A stretch of 64,000 bases of DNA from an uncultured Candidatus Saccharibacteria bacterium (GCA_964354935.1 CAYHBT010000001.1:10751-74750), one strand, 5' to 3'. Shown: positions 9,581 to 18,621, counted from the stretch's first letter. Numbers and translations are program-made. Notes: generated by a model from the sequence alone, not told the origin.

Positions 9581-9985
9581 TTGAAAAGCATATACTTAGT
9601 ATATCATTATATGAAAAGTTTTCAACAAAAAAGAGGATGGAGAAACATTCTGCAATCAAGACCTGTCTTAGTTTTTTTGTTTTTTTTACTTTTCATTTTT
9701 GCTTGGGGAGTGTTTGGCTTTATGGGCAAGATGAGAGCAACTAGCGAAAATCGTAAAATAGCCGAAAATAAAGTGGCACAACTACAAAAACAAAAAGCTA
9801 ATCTACAAAAAGAAATCAGTTCTCTGAATACCGAAGACGGTCGCGAAGAAAGTATTCGAGAAAGATTTCCTGTGGCCAAAGAGGGCGAAGAAGTGATTAT
9901 GATTATTGAAGATAAAAATAAGCCGGAAGTGAAGAAAGAAGATTCCGGAGGATTTTTTTCTTTTTTTGTTAATTTATTTAAATAA
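9581..9985 (+). CDS. septum formation initiator-like protein (FtsB/DivIC family)
   Basis: A single TM helix, then a coiled coil (KVAQLQKQKANLQKEISSL) and an ESIRERFPVAKEGEEVI motif resembling FtsB. Confidence 0.5.
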   Translation: MKSIYLVYHYMKSFQQKRGWRNILQSRPVLVFLFFLLFIFAWGVFGFMGKMRATSENRKIAENKVAQLQKQKANLQKEISSLNTEDGREESIRERFPVAKEGEEVIMIIEDKNKPEVKKEDSGGFFSFFVNLFK

Positions 9986-10002
9986 TATGATATAATGCGA
10001 TT

Positions 10003-11016
10003 ATGAAAATTGCATTATATGGTGTAGAAAAATCAGAACAATCCGTGTTTTTTAGTTCTCTTTCCGGTTCAGATATTTCATTTATTGAAGGAAAACTTGA
10101 TGAAGATAATACTGAAAAGGCAAAAGATGCCGATATGGTGTGTGTTTTTGTAGATTCAACAATAAATAAAATAGTTTTAGATTCTCTGCCTAATCTAAAA
10201 TTCATAGTCACGCGTTCGACTGGGCTTAATCATATTGATTGCGAATATGCTAAGAATAAAGGGATAAAAATTTCTTCTGTGCCCGCCTATGGCTCTCACA
10301 CTGTTGCCGAGTTTACTTTCGGATTAATTTTGAATCTTTCTAGAAATATAATTAAAGCAAACAACTATATTAGAGCATCATCTGATTTTAATTATTTTTT
10401 GGGAATGGAAGGATTTGATTTGTCTAATAAGACTTTAGGAATTATCGGTACAGGGAAAATAGGAAAAAATGTATTAAAAATAGCGAAAGGTTTTGCGATG
10501 AATGTGGTCGCCTATGATCTTCATCCGGATTTAATCTTTGCGAAAGAAAATAATTTTGAATACAAAAGTTTTCAAGAAGTTATTTCTCAATCCGACATAA
10601 TAACTCTACACGCTCCTTATAATAAAGAAAATCATCATTTAATAAACAAGGAAAATGTTTCTATTATGAAAAAAGGAGTTTTTCTGATAAATACTGCTCG
10701 TGGCGAGCTGATCGATACGGATGCGCTTATTTTCGGACTCAAGGAGGGGATTATTGCCGGAGCCGGCCTCGATGTGCTGGAAGGGGAAAAAGAATTAAAA
10801 GAAGAAATAGAGATTCTCGCTTCATCTTCAAGGTTGACCAGAATACAAGATTATAAAACGCTTCTTGAAGATCGCGTCTTGATCGATATGCCAAATGTGA
10901 TCATTACTCCACACATCGCTTTTTATACCCGTGAAGCTGTCGCTGAAATTTTAAAAGTGACCATTTTAAATATTCAAGGTTTTATTAATAACAATCCAAT
11001 AAATCTTGTACAATAA
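10003..11016 (+). CDS. D-isomer-specific 2-hydroxyacid dehydrogenase (hydroxypyruvate/glycerate dehydrogenase-like)
   Basis: Rossmann GIIGTGKIGKNV motif. Catalytic region resembles that of D-2-hydroxyacid dehydrogenases. Overlaps the start of the glycerate kinase gene (taATGa). Confidence 0.75.
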   Translation: MKIALYGVEKSEQSVFFSSLSGSDISFIEGKLDEDNTEKAKDADMVCVFVDSTINKIVLDSLPNLKFIVTRSTGLNHIDCEYAKNKGIKISSVPAYGSHTVAEFTFGLILNLSRNIIKANNYIRASSDFNYFLGMEGFDLSNKTLGIIGTGKIGKNVLKIAKGFAMNVVAYDLHPDLIFAKENNFEYKSFQEVISQSDIITLHAPYNKENHHLINKENVSIMKKGVFLINTARGELIDTDALIFGLKEGIIAGAGLDVLEGEKELKEEIEILASSSRLTRIQDYKTLLEDRVLIDMPNVIITPHIAFYTREAVAEILKVTILNIQGFINNNPINLVQ

Positions 11017-12287
11017 TGAAACGCTGGATACAGAATTTTGAAGAATTAGCTACGACAGAAAATCGAAAATTGATTCTAAATATTGCCGAAGCGGGTCTGG
11101 AATCAATTGATACAGAAGCTGTAATATCAAATTCAGTCAAACTCCAGAATGATGTTTTAAACATTATGGGTGAGGACTTTGATTTATCTAAATTTAAAAA
11201 AGTAAAAGTTGTTGGTTTTGGCAAAGCTTCTATTGATGGAGCTCACGCCTTGGAAAAAATTTTGGGTTCAAAGATTACGGCTGGCGCTGTAGTTGGTTTA
11301 CACAAGGGCGATTCAAAATATATTGAAATTTTTGCTGGAACTCACCCTCGACCCAGCCAGACCAATGTCGATGCTGGAGAGAAAATATATGAAATAGTAA
11401 AAGATTCTGGGGCAGAAGATTTAATTATTGTTTTGGTTTCAGGAGGTGGTTCCGCCTTGCTGTGTTATTCAGACAATGAATGCGAAAATAATGTTGCACT
11501 CTATGATCAATTTTTAAAAGTGGGGGGAACCATAGGAGAAATTAATACAATAAGAAAACATCTTTCAATACTAAAAGGTGGCGGTTTGGCAAAAATTGCC
11601 TATCCTGCGACAGTTGTTGGTCTGATTTTTTCTGATATCCCTGGAGATCATTTTGAAGATGTGGCGTCCGGTCCGACTTATAAAGATAAAAGCACGACAG
11701 AAGATGCTCTTAAAATTATCAGCAAATATAATTTAAGCAAATTTGATTTACTGGAGACGCTCAAAGAAGATAAATATTTTGAAAAAGTTAAAAATTTTGT
11801 TTTAGTTTCAAATAAAACAGCTCTTTTGGCGATGGCTAAAAAATCCAATGAGCTTGGTCTTAAGCCAAACATCATTTCGACTGAAATGTATGATGAAGTC
11901 AAAAGCGCTCTCGTGAAAATTTTTGACGCTAAAGAAAATGACACAGTTGTTTTAGCCGCCGGCGAACCCAAGCTCGAGGTTAAAAAGAAAGGCGGTAGCG
12001 GTGGCAGGAGTCTCTTTATGGGGCTACAGGCTATCCAGATGGGGCTAGTAGATAAAGATTCTGTATTAATACCCCTAGCTTCTGATGGTATGGATAATAG
12101 CGACGCGGCGGGAGCAATAATAGACCAAAATACCTTGGATAAAATAAAAAACTCAGGTTTCGATACGCAAAAGCATTTAGACGACTTCGACGCTTATCCG
12201 GTTTTCCAAAATTCTAAAGACATCATTATGACCGGCCCCACCGGCGCCAATGTTTCTGATTTGATGATTTTGCTTACGAAGAAATAA
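11016..12287 (+). CDS. glycerate 2-kinase (MOFRL family)
   Basis: LVSGGGSALL and KVVGFGKAS motifs typical of MOFRL/GckA glycerate kinases. Confidence 0.7.
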   Translation: MKRWIQNFEELATTENRKLILNIAEAGLESIDTEAVISNSVKLQNDVLNIMGEDFDLSKFKKVKVVGFGKASIDGAHALEKILGSKITAGAVVGLHKGDSKYIEIFAGTHPRPSQTNVDAGEKIYEIVKDSGAEDLIIVLVSGGGSALLCYSDNECENNVALYDQFLKVGGTIGEINTIRKHLSILKGGGLAKIAYPATVVGLIFSDIPGDHFEDVASGPTYKDKSTTEDALKIISKYNLSKFDLLETLKEDKYFEKVKNFVLVSNKTALLAMAKKSNELGLKPNIISTEMYDEVKSALVKIFDAKENDTVVLAAGEPKLEVKKKGGSGGRSLFMGLQAIQMGLVDKDSVLIPLASDGMDNSDAAGAIIDQNTLDKIKNSGFDTQKHLDDFDAYPVFQNSKDIIMTGPTGANVSDLMILLTKK

Positions 12288-13030
12288 TGAAACTAATCAA
12301 TTTAAATCTTCAAGGAGGTGTTGTATATGGACCTCTGATAGAATTTGTAAAAAAATACTCACCTGATATTGATATTTTTTGTTTTCAAGAAGTATTTCAT
12401 AATGCGCTAATTACAAGACCGCTTTTAGGTAATGTCCGGCCGAATCTTTTTTCTGAACTTAAAGATATTCTTCCCAATTTTAATGGGTATTATGCTGTTC
12501 CGATAGAAAATGATGTCGGCGGGTTGGCGATATTTATAAAAAAATCTTTTATTGTTAATAAAGTTGATAATATCGTTATTTTTCCGGAATTGAATACGAC
12601 AGAAGATGAAAATGATGATAGTTATTTTTCTATGGGCAGAAATTTACAATATGTGGAATTTAGCTATTTAGAAAAAACGTATATCGTTTTTAATTTTCAT
12701 GGCATGTGGATTGCAAAAGGGAAAGCGGATACAGAGAAACGCATTCTGCAATCTGAGAAGATAAGGGAAATTTTTGATAAATTAAAAGGAGCTAGGATTT
12801 TATGTACAGACTTAAATGTTACACCAGATACCGAAAGTATAGCTATTTTAAGAAAAGGAAACAAGGATTTAGTTCAGGAATATGGAATAACCTCAACCAG
12901 AAGTTTATCCAAAGGAAGATCGGAAGTAGTTGATTATGTAATAGTTTCTCTGGAAGTAGAAGTTAAAAATTTTGAAACTCTAAAAGAAGAAGTTTCGGAT
13001 CATTTGCCGTTGTTTTTAGATTTTAAATAA
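12287..13030 (+). CDS. endonuclease/exonuclease/phosphatase (EEP) family protein
   Basis: CFQEV catalytic Glu, TDLN, and C-terminal SDHLPL motifs. Confidence 0.65.
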   Translation: MKLINLNLQGGVVYGPLIEFVKKYSPDIDIFCFQEVFHNALITRPLLGNVRPNLFSELKDILPNFNGYYAVPIENDVGGLAIFIKKSFIVNKVDNIVIFPELNTTEDENDDSYFSMGRNLQYVEFSYLEKTYIVFNFHGMWIAKGKADTEKRILQSEKIREIFDKLKGARILCTDLNVTPDTESIAILRKGNKDLVQEYGITSTRSLSKGRSEVVDYVIVSLEVEVKNFETLKEEVSDHLPLFLDFK

Positions 13031-13049
13031 ATATCTATCCTTTTCCCAC

Positions 13050-13105
13050 GTTTTCGCAAGAACTTTTCGCAAGAACCGTTTTCGCAAGAACCGTTCTTGC
13101 GAAAG
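13050..13105. repeat. REP cluster: three tandem ttttcgcaagaac units ending in the perfect palindrome ttcgcaagaaccgttcttgcgaa
   Basis: Palindrome read directly from the sequence. It is repeated at 13805..13830. Confidence 0.8.
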
Positions 13106-13130
13106 TCTGGATGTTTAGTATAATTAAAGA

Positions 13131-13799
13131 ATGTTTCGTAAAGATCCATTTCTAACTGGTGAATACTACCACTTGTACAACCGTGGCATAGACAAGCGGG
13201 TAATTTTTAAACTAAAAAGAGATTACGAAAGATTTATGATGCTTCTTTATCTTGCAAATTCAAATGACTCTTTCCGACTTGATGATATTTTAAATAAAGA
13301 ACATAAGACATTTAGTGAAGTTTTAATATTAGAGAGAGGTGAACCGCTCGTTTCCATTGGCGCATGGTGCTTGATGACAAATCATTTTCATCTTTTAATT
13401 AGGCAAGAAATTGATGGTGGGATTACTAAATTTATGAGAAAGTTGGGTGTAGGATATTCAATGTTTTTTAATATAAAATATCAGAGAACAGGATCTCTTT
13501 TTGGTGGACTATTTAAATCAAAATTAATTGGAACTGATGATAATTACATGAGACAGTTGCTTGGATATATTCACATCAATCCTCTTGAGATAGAATTTCC
13601 CGAATGGAAAAATCAGATTAAAAAATCTTCAGTTGATATGAAAAAATTTCTTGAATCTTATAGATATTCTAGTTACCAAGATTATCTTGGCAAAGATAGA
13701 GTTGAGAAAAATATAATCAACCCTAAAGCTTTCCCTGAGTATTTTGAGAATTCAAAAAAGTTTGAGGATTTTGTTGATAATTATTTTGTTGAAATTTAA
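13131..13799 (+). CDS. REP-associated tyrosine transposase (RAYT; IS200-like Y1 HUH transposase) copy 1
   Basis: GEYYHLYNRG, HUH motif NHFHLL, and catalytic-Tyr region YIHINPLE. Confidence 0.8.
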   Translation: MFRKDPFLTGEYYHLYNRGIDKRVIFKLKRDYERFMMLLYLANSNDSFRLDDILNKEHKTFSEVLILERGEPLVSIGAWCLMTNHFHLLIRQEIDGGITKFMRKLGVGYSMFFNIKYQRTGSLFGGLFKSKLIGTDDNYMRQLLGYIHINPLEIEFPEWKNQIKKSSVDMKKFLESYRYSSYQDYLGKDRVEKNIINPKAFPEYFENSKKFEDFVDNYFVEI

Positions 13800-13804
13800 C
13801 CGAC

Positions 13805-13830
13805 TTTCGCAAGAACCGTTCTTGCGAAAG
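13805..13830. repeat. REP palindrome tttcgcaagaaccgttcttgcgaaag (3' flank of RAYT-1)
   Basis: Same palindrome as at 13081..13103. Confidence 0.8.
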
Positions 13831-13836
13831 TTGCTA

Positions 13837-15006
13837 TTATCCTTTTCCTACGGCTTCTGAGATATTTTTGTAGCCGTCTTTTTGGAGGAGTTGCACTAAT
13901 CCTAAATTTATATCGCTGATTAGTTGCGGACCTTCGAAAATCATTCCAGTGATGAGCTGTACGAGTGAAGCACCGGATTTTATTTTTCTATACGCGTCTT
14001 CTGCGCTAGATATTCCGCCGACGCCGATGATTACAAACTTTCCGTTTGTTTTTTTGTAAATATATCTTATTAATTCATCAGAAAGATTATCCAATACTTT
14101 GCCCGAAAGTCCGCCTAATTCTGATACATTTTTATCTATAATGTTTTTGTTGTCGCGGCTTTTTGTTAAATTAGTGCAAATAAATCCATCGATTTTCCAT
14201 TTTTCTGCGGTCTCGATTATTTCGCCAATTTCTTTTTTATCTAGGTCCGGAGACATTTTTAGAAAAATGGGTTTATTTTTAGGGACGGACATAATTTTTT
14301 CAAGCAAAGCATTTAATTTTACGCCATCATTAAACGGTTGACCGCCGAAAGCGTTTGGACAGCTGATGTTGATAGTGAAATAATCACCGATATCAGCCAA
14401 AATTTTATAAGCCTTAAAATAATCTCCTATTGCATTTTCAAGATCGGCTGTTTCTTTGCAGTTGGTCTTGGCTATGCTTATCCCGACCGGAATAGAGAAT
14501 TTTTTATTTTTTAATCTTTCAGCGATTTTTTCACAGCCGTCGTTTGCAAGACCATAATAAACAGCCAACGATTTGGATTTTTTTAATCGCCAAAGACGAG
14601 GTCTTGGATTACCTCTGCAAGGTTCTCCTGTGATTGATCCGGCTTCCATAAAACCGAATCCAATTGCTGGCATAATTTCCGTCAATTCAGCATTTTTGTC
14701 AAAACCAGCCGAAAGACCAACGGGGTTTTTAAATTTAATTCCCAAAATCTTTTGCTCCAAAGCCGGATTAAAATAATTAAAGCAAGCGCGGGAAATAGCT
14801 CTCGTTGTCGCATATTTACCCCAAAAAATTAGAAAGGCAGACATCCAGTCGTGAACCAATTCCGGATCAAATTTAAAGAAAATGGGCTTAAAAATCCATT
14901 TATACTTCTTTTCGATTATGAAATTTCTGGCAACAATTAGCTTATCTTGCATATGTTTTAATGGTAGCAAAAATGTGGTAAAATAAAAAGCGCAATGGAA
15001 GAACAA
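13837..15006 (-). CDS. pyrD: dihydroorotate dehydrogenase, class 2-like (quinone-type) with an N-terminal extension
   Basis: GFGFMEAGSIT, NISCPN and GVGGISSAEDA motifs of a DHODH TIM barrel. About 70 aa of hydrophobic N-terminal extension. Confidence 0.8.
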   Translation of the reverse strand: MFFHCAFYFTTFLLPLKHMQDKLIVARNFIIEKKYKWIFKPIFFKFDPELVHDWMSAFLIFWGKYATTRAISRACFNYFNPALEQKILGIKFKNPVGLSAGFDKNAELTEIMPAIGFGFMEAGSITGEPCRGNPRPRLWRLKKSKSLAVYYGLANDGCEKIAERLKNKKFSIPVGISIAKTNCKETADLENAIGDYFKAYKILADIGDYFTINISCPNAFGGQPFNDGVKLNALLEKIMSVPKNKPIFLKMSPDLDKKEIGEIIETAEKWKIDGFICTNLTKSRDNKNIIDKNVSELGGLSGKVLDNLSDELIRYIYKKTNGKFVIIGVGGISSAEDAYRKIKSGASLVQLITGMIFEGPQLISDINLGLVQLLQKDGYKNISEAVGKG

Positions 15007-16221
15007 GCAGAATATCCAATCAGTGCGATTTTAGCGGAAGAAATAAAGGATTCAAGGGGGAATCCGACCATTAAGGTCACGATCTCAGTCGGCGGTGTCT
15101 CCGACAGTTTTTCGGTGCCGTCCGGCGCCAGCACCGGTATTCACGAAGCACACGAATTGCGTGATGGCGACGGTAGAGGGGTAAAAGATGCAATTAAAAA
15201 AATAAACGACACAATTGCTCCGGCTTTGATTGGTAAAAATGTTCTCAATCAAAAAGAAATAGATAAAATAATGCTCGTGCTCGACGGCACTCCCAATAAA
15301 GATAATTTGGGCGGAAATTCAATGATTGGGGTAAGTATTGCTTGCGCTAAGGTTGCAGCTAAGGTGACTAATCGTGAGGTTTATGAATATTTGCGGACAT
15401 TAGAAGAGATGAAAAGTTCAAGAAAGACGCCGTATCTTTTTATGAATTTAATCAATGGTGGTAAACACGCGAAGAATGATCTAGCGTTTCAGGAATATCA
15501 CATAGTACCTGAGACATCAAATACAGCAGAAGCAATTAATATTGGTATTAAAATACAAAATACTTTAAAAGAAATTATTGTAAAAGATTTGGGCGAAGAA
15601 TCTTTGGTTTTAGGAGACGAAGGGGGGTTCGCGCCCAAAACAAGTGATATTTGTAAACCACTTACTTATTTGACCGAAGCGATAGAAAAAAATAATTTGC
15701 AAGATAAAGTTCGCCTAGCTCTCGATGTCGCCGCTTCTTCTTTTTACGAAAATGGCGTTTATAAAATTGCGAATAAAAATGTCGCCTCGGAAGGTCTGAT
15801 GGATATTTATAATTCTTTAATTTCAGAATTTAATCTATTTTCGATAGAAGATCCTTTTGATGAAGAAGATTTCGAAAATTTTAAAAAGCTGAAAGAAAAA
15901 AATCCCAGCCTGTATGTCGTCGGCGATGATCTGACTGTTTCCAATAAATTTAGATTAAGCAGGGCGATTGAAAACAAAAGTATAAATGCGATTATCATAA
16001 AACCGAATCAAATCGGTACATTGTCGGAAACGCTTGAGACGATGAAGCTTGCTAGAGAAAATGATATAGAAATCATTGTGAGCCACAGAAGCGGGGAAAC
16101 AGATGATGATTTTATTGCAGACTTGGCCTATGCTTTTGGTTGTTTTGGTTTTAAATCTGGCTCTCCTTTAAAACCCGAAAGAATGGTAAAATATCAAAGA
16201 TTAATAGAAATAACAAAATAA
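14995..16221 (+). CDS. eno: enolase
   Basis: SGASTGIHEAHELRDGD and SHRSGETDDDFIADLA motifs. Confidence 0.9.
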   Translation: MEEQAEYPISAILAEEIKDSRGNPTIKVTISVGGVSDSFSVPSGASTGIHEAHELRDGDGRGVKDAIKKINDTIAPALIGKNVLNQKEIDKIMLVLDGTPNKDNLGGNSMIGVSIACAKVAAKVTNREVYEYLRTLEEMKSSRKTPYLFMNLINGGKHAKNDLAFQEYHIVPETSNTAEAINIGIKIQNTLKEIIVKDLGEESLVLGDEGGFAPKTSDICKPLTYLTEAIEKNNLQDKVRLALDVAASSFYENGVYKIANKNVASEGLMDIYNSLISEFNLFSIEDPFDEEDFENFKKLKEKNPSLYVVGDDLTVSNKFRLSRAIENKSINAIIIKPNQIGTLSETLETMKLARENDIEIIVSHRSGETDDDFIADLAYAFGCFGFKSGSPLKPERMVKYQRLIEITK

Positions 16222-16223
16222 TT

Positions 16224-17021
16224 ATGAATTCAAAAGCGCAAATTATGGCTACTATCGGTCCAGCCACCAAAGATAAAAAAATAATCGGAGAAATGATAGC
16301 AGGTAATATGGACATTGCTCGTTTGAATTTTTCTTGGGGAACTCATGAAGAGCACACTCTTTATATTAAAAATATCAGAGAAGAGGCGCAAAAAGCCGGT
16401 AGAATTATTCCAATCGTTCAGGATTTGTCCGGTCCAAGAATACAAGAAATAGCTGGACATAAATTCAACATCGAAGCGCTGGAGCTGATTACATCTAAAG
16501 ATTTGTCTGATTTAAAATTTGGCATTGAGCAAGGGGTGGATTATGTAGCGATGTCGTTTGTCGGACACAAAGACGACATTTCTAATTTACGGGATAAAAT
16601 GCGGGAATTCGGCAAAGTGATTCCGATTATTGCCAAAATTGAACGCGAAATCGCGGTTCGCAACATAAATGAAATTATAGAAAATTCCGATGCCATTATG
16701 GTCGCTCGCGGAGATTTAGGAAATGAAGTTCCGCTTGAGCAGATTCCTTTTATTCAAAAGGATATTATTGAAAAATGCAAAGCGGCAGGTAAGCCGGTAA
16801 TCGTCGCCACTCAAATAATGGAATCTATGATGCACAATCCATATCCGACTCGCGCCGAAGTCACAGATGTCGCCTATGCTGTATTAAATGGGGCAGATAT
16901 TCTAATGCTTTCGGAAGAAACCGCCATAGGAAAATATCCGCTCGAATCCGTCGCGATGATGGAAAGGGGAATGATTGAAGCGGAAAAACATCTAAAAGAT
17001 ATTAAAATAAATAGTTTATAA
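16224..17021 (+). CDS. pyk: pyruvate kinase, minimal form (A-domain TIM barrel only; no B lid domain and no C-terminal domain)
   Basis: IMATIGPA, ARLNFSWG, IIAKIE, MVARGDLG, KPVIVATQIMESM and MLSEETAIGKYP motifs. Only 265 aa. Confidence 0.8.
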   Translation: MNSKAQIMATIGPATKDKKIIGEMIAGNMDIARLNFSWGTHEEHTLYIKNIREEAQKAGRIIPIVQDLSGPRIQEIAGHKFNIEALELITSKDLSDLKFGIEQGVDYVAMSFVGHKDDISNLRDKMREFGKVIPIIAKIEREIAVRNINEIIENSDAIMVARGDLGNEVPLEQIPFIQKDIIEKCKAAGKPVIVATQIMESMMHNPYPTRAEVTDVAYAVLNGADILMLSEETAIGKYPLESVAMMERGMIEAEKHLKDIKINSL

Positions 17022-17024
17022 AAG

Positions 17025-17095
17025 TGCGGAATGGGGTAATCGAAACCCCGCCTAATCCTTGGGAAGGACTCATTCTACCACTAAACTAATTCCGC
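17025..17095 (-). tRNA. tRNA-Gly(CCC)
   Basis: Reverse complement reads gcggaattagtttagtggtagaatgagtccttcccaaggattaggcggggtttcgattaccccattccgca. Anticodon loop ttCCCaa. No encoded CCA. Confidence 0.75.
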
Positions 17096-17108
17096 ATATT
17101 GTCCAACA

Positions 17109-17133
17109 TTGTCCAACACTCGGTGTTGGACAA
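17109..17133. repeat. REP palindrome ttgtccaacactcggtgttggacaa, with a tandem half-copy just upstream
   Basis: Perfect palindrome. Flanks RAYT-2. Confidence 0.8.
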
Positions 17134-17799
17134 TCAATTTATCCAATCTAATTCTTCCTTTAACAGTTTTGCCGAGCTTGTTTTCACAAATTCATCATAT
17201 TCGTTTTTATTTTTAAACTGTCCGTTGATTATAGCAGTAATCAATAATTCTTCAAATCTATTTTTATTTACACAATCTTGATAGCTTGACCAAGGGTAAA
17301 TATTTTCTTTATTCAGCCACTCTTTTAATTCTCTTGGATTTCTGTGGATATACGCAGACAGGTATAGAAGCTGATTATTATCTTTTACATGTACTGCTTT
17401 GTATGGTCCCTGAAATAGGTGTCCTGATTTGTGGTATTTTGTATTGTAATATTTTGTATAACTATTCAAAACTCTTTGCATATATCTAGCGATACCATTT
17501 TCTTCAACTTCCTTAACGATCAAGTGAAAATGGTTTGACATTAAACAAAAAGAGGTGAGTTCCACGAATCTACCTTTTACGATTTCTTTTTTGGTTTTTA
17601 TATCAATGTCAAACACTGAGTGTTGGACAAATGATTTTATCGAACGACCAATCTGTTGAAAAACAGTAGGGGATTGAAAGTATAAAATTAAAAACAAAAA
17701 TCTTATTCTATCCATGTTGTCGTGAAAGATTAATTGTTTACTCATTCCGCGATTAAAGATATGATAATACTCTCCCGGTGCTATTTTTATATTTCTCAT
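17134..17799 (-). CDS. REP-associated tyrosine transposase (RAYT) copy 2
   Basis: GEYYHIFNRG, MSNHFHLIV and YIHRNPRE motifs. Confidence 0.8.
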   Translation of the reverse strand: MRNIKIAPGEYYHIFNRGMSKQLIFHDNMDRIRFLFLILYFQSPTVFQQIGRSIKSFVQHSVFDIDIKTKKEIVKGRFVELTSFCLMSNHFHLIVKEVEENGIARYMQRVLNSYTKYYNTKYHKSGHLFQGPYKAVHVKDNNQLLYLSAYIHRNPRELKEWLNKENIYPWSSYQDCVNKNRFEELLITAIINGQFKNKNEYDEFVKTSSAKLLKEELDWIN

Positions 17800-17826
17800 A
17801 TTACTATTATATAACTTTATTTCTAA

Positions 17827-17851
17827 CTGTCCAACACTCGGTGTCGGACAG
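17827..17851. repeat. REP palindrome ctgtccaacactcggtgtcggacag (other flank of RAYT-2)
   Basis: Near-perfect palindrome. Same family as the one at 17109. Confidence 0.75.
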
Positions 17852-17994
17852 TTGCAGGGTTAAAGGAGAATGTGATAAAATTAAAATATGTCAAAACAAG
17901 ATGAATTTCCAAAGTCACAAGGAGCTGATAATACAAAAGAAGGTATAATGGCTAGAAAGGCAAGATTGTTGCAAGAGCAGAGAGAGAGAGAAGA

Positions 17995-18291
17995 TTGTCA
18001 GAGATTTTTGAAAAATTTAACCCAATAGAACAAGAACGTTTTCGTTTAGAATTTTATGAAACCAGAGAATGGGAATCTTTTTTACAAAATTTGAGTGAAG
18101 TTATTAATAGTTTGCTTTTAGCTGATGTATTTGCAGACAATGAGGAGTTAGAAAAAGAGTGTAAAGAGGTTTTATCGTTGGTTGACAATAAAGATGTTAG
18201 TCAACCCAAGAAATATTACGATTTAGTTGGGAAAATATCCACTTTCTTTTTTGAAAGGAATATCTATATACATTCAAAATTACCAGATTAG
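17995..18291 (+). CDS. hypothetical protein (acidic, about 98 aa), possibly using a TTG start. A 48-aa ORF at 17888..18034 overlaps it in another frame.
   Basis: ORF only. Confidence 0.3.
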   Translation: MSEIFEKFNPIEQERFRLEFYETREWESFLQNLSEVINSLLLADVFADNEELEKECKEVLSLVDNKDVSQPKKYYDLVGKISTFFFERNIYIHSKLPD

Positions 18292-18348
18292 TATTTTTAT
18301 TTTTTATGATATACTAAAAGCAATTAACAATTAGTTTTTTTAATTTTT

Positions 18349-18594
18349 ATGCCAAATACAAACAAAGAAGTAATAATTTATTCGACTCCAACCTGCCATT
18401 TCTGCCATATGGCAAAAGATTTTTTTAAGGAAAACAACATTGCTTATACCGAACACGATGTGGCAAGCGATCAAGCTAAAAGAAAAGAATTAGTGGAAAA
18501 AAGCGGACAACTTGGCGTGCCGGTCATTATCATCGGCGGCGAACTCGTCGTCGGCTTCAATAAACCTAAAATAGTAGAGTTGCTTGGACTTTAA
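18349..18594 (+). CDS. glutaredoxin-like protein (NrdH/YruB-type)
   Basis: CHFC active site and a thioredoxin-fold C-terminus (GVPVIIIGGELVVGF). Confidence 0.8.
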   Translation: MPNTNKEVIIYSTPTCHFCHMAKDFFKENNIAYTEHDVASDQAKRKELVEKSGQLGVPVIIIGGELVVGFNKPKIVELLGL

Positions 18595-18621
18595 TCTATC
18601 TCTAATATACTATTGTACTAT

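Larger units (their letters stand above)
13050..13830 (+). mobile_element. REP-RAYT-REP unit 1
   Basis: A RAYT gene bracketed by identical palindromes. Confidence 0.7.
17100..17851 (-). mobile_element. REP-RAYT-REP unit 2
   Basis: A RAYT gene bracketed by cognate palindromes. Lies between the pyk/tRNA-Gly locus and a block of small ORFs. Confidence 0.7.

Noticed and set aside
13041-13105. Tandem direct repeats ttttcgcaagaac x3, which look like a possible CRISPR or minisatellite
   Set aside because: There are only three short units, they end in the REP palindrome, and they flank a RAYT gene. This is a REP cluster, not a CRISPR array. No CRISPR arrays were seen in the window.
17099-17281. 60-aa plus-strand ORF (MSNIVQHSVLDNQ...)
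   Set aside because: It starts inside the REP-2 palindrome, whose translation gives VQHSVLDN, and runs antisense into RAYT-2. This is not a gene.
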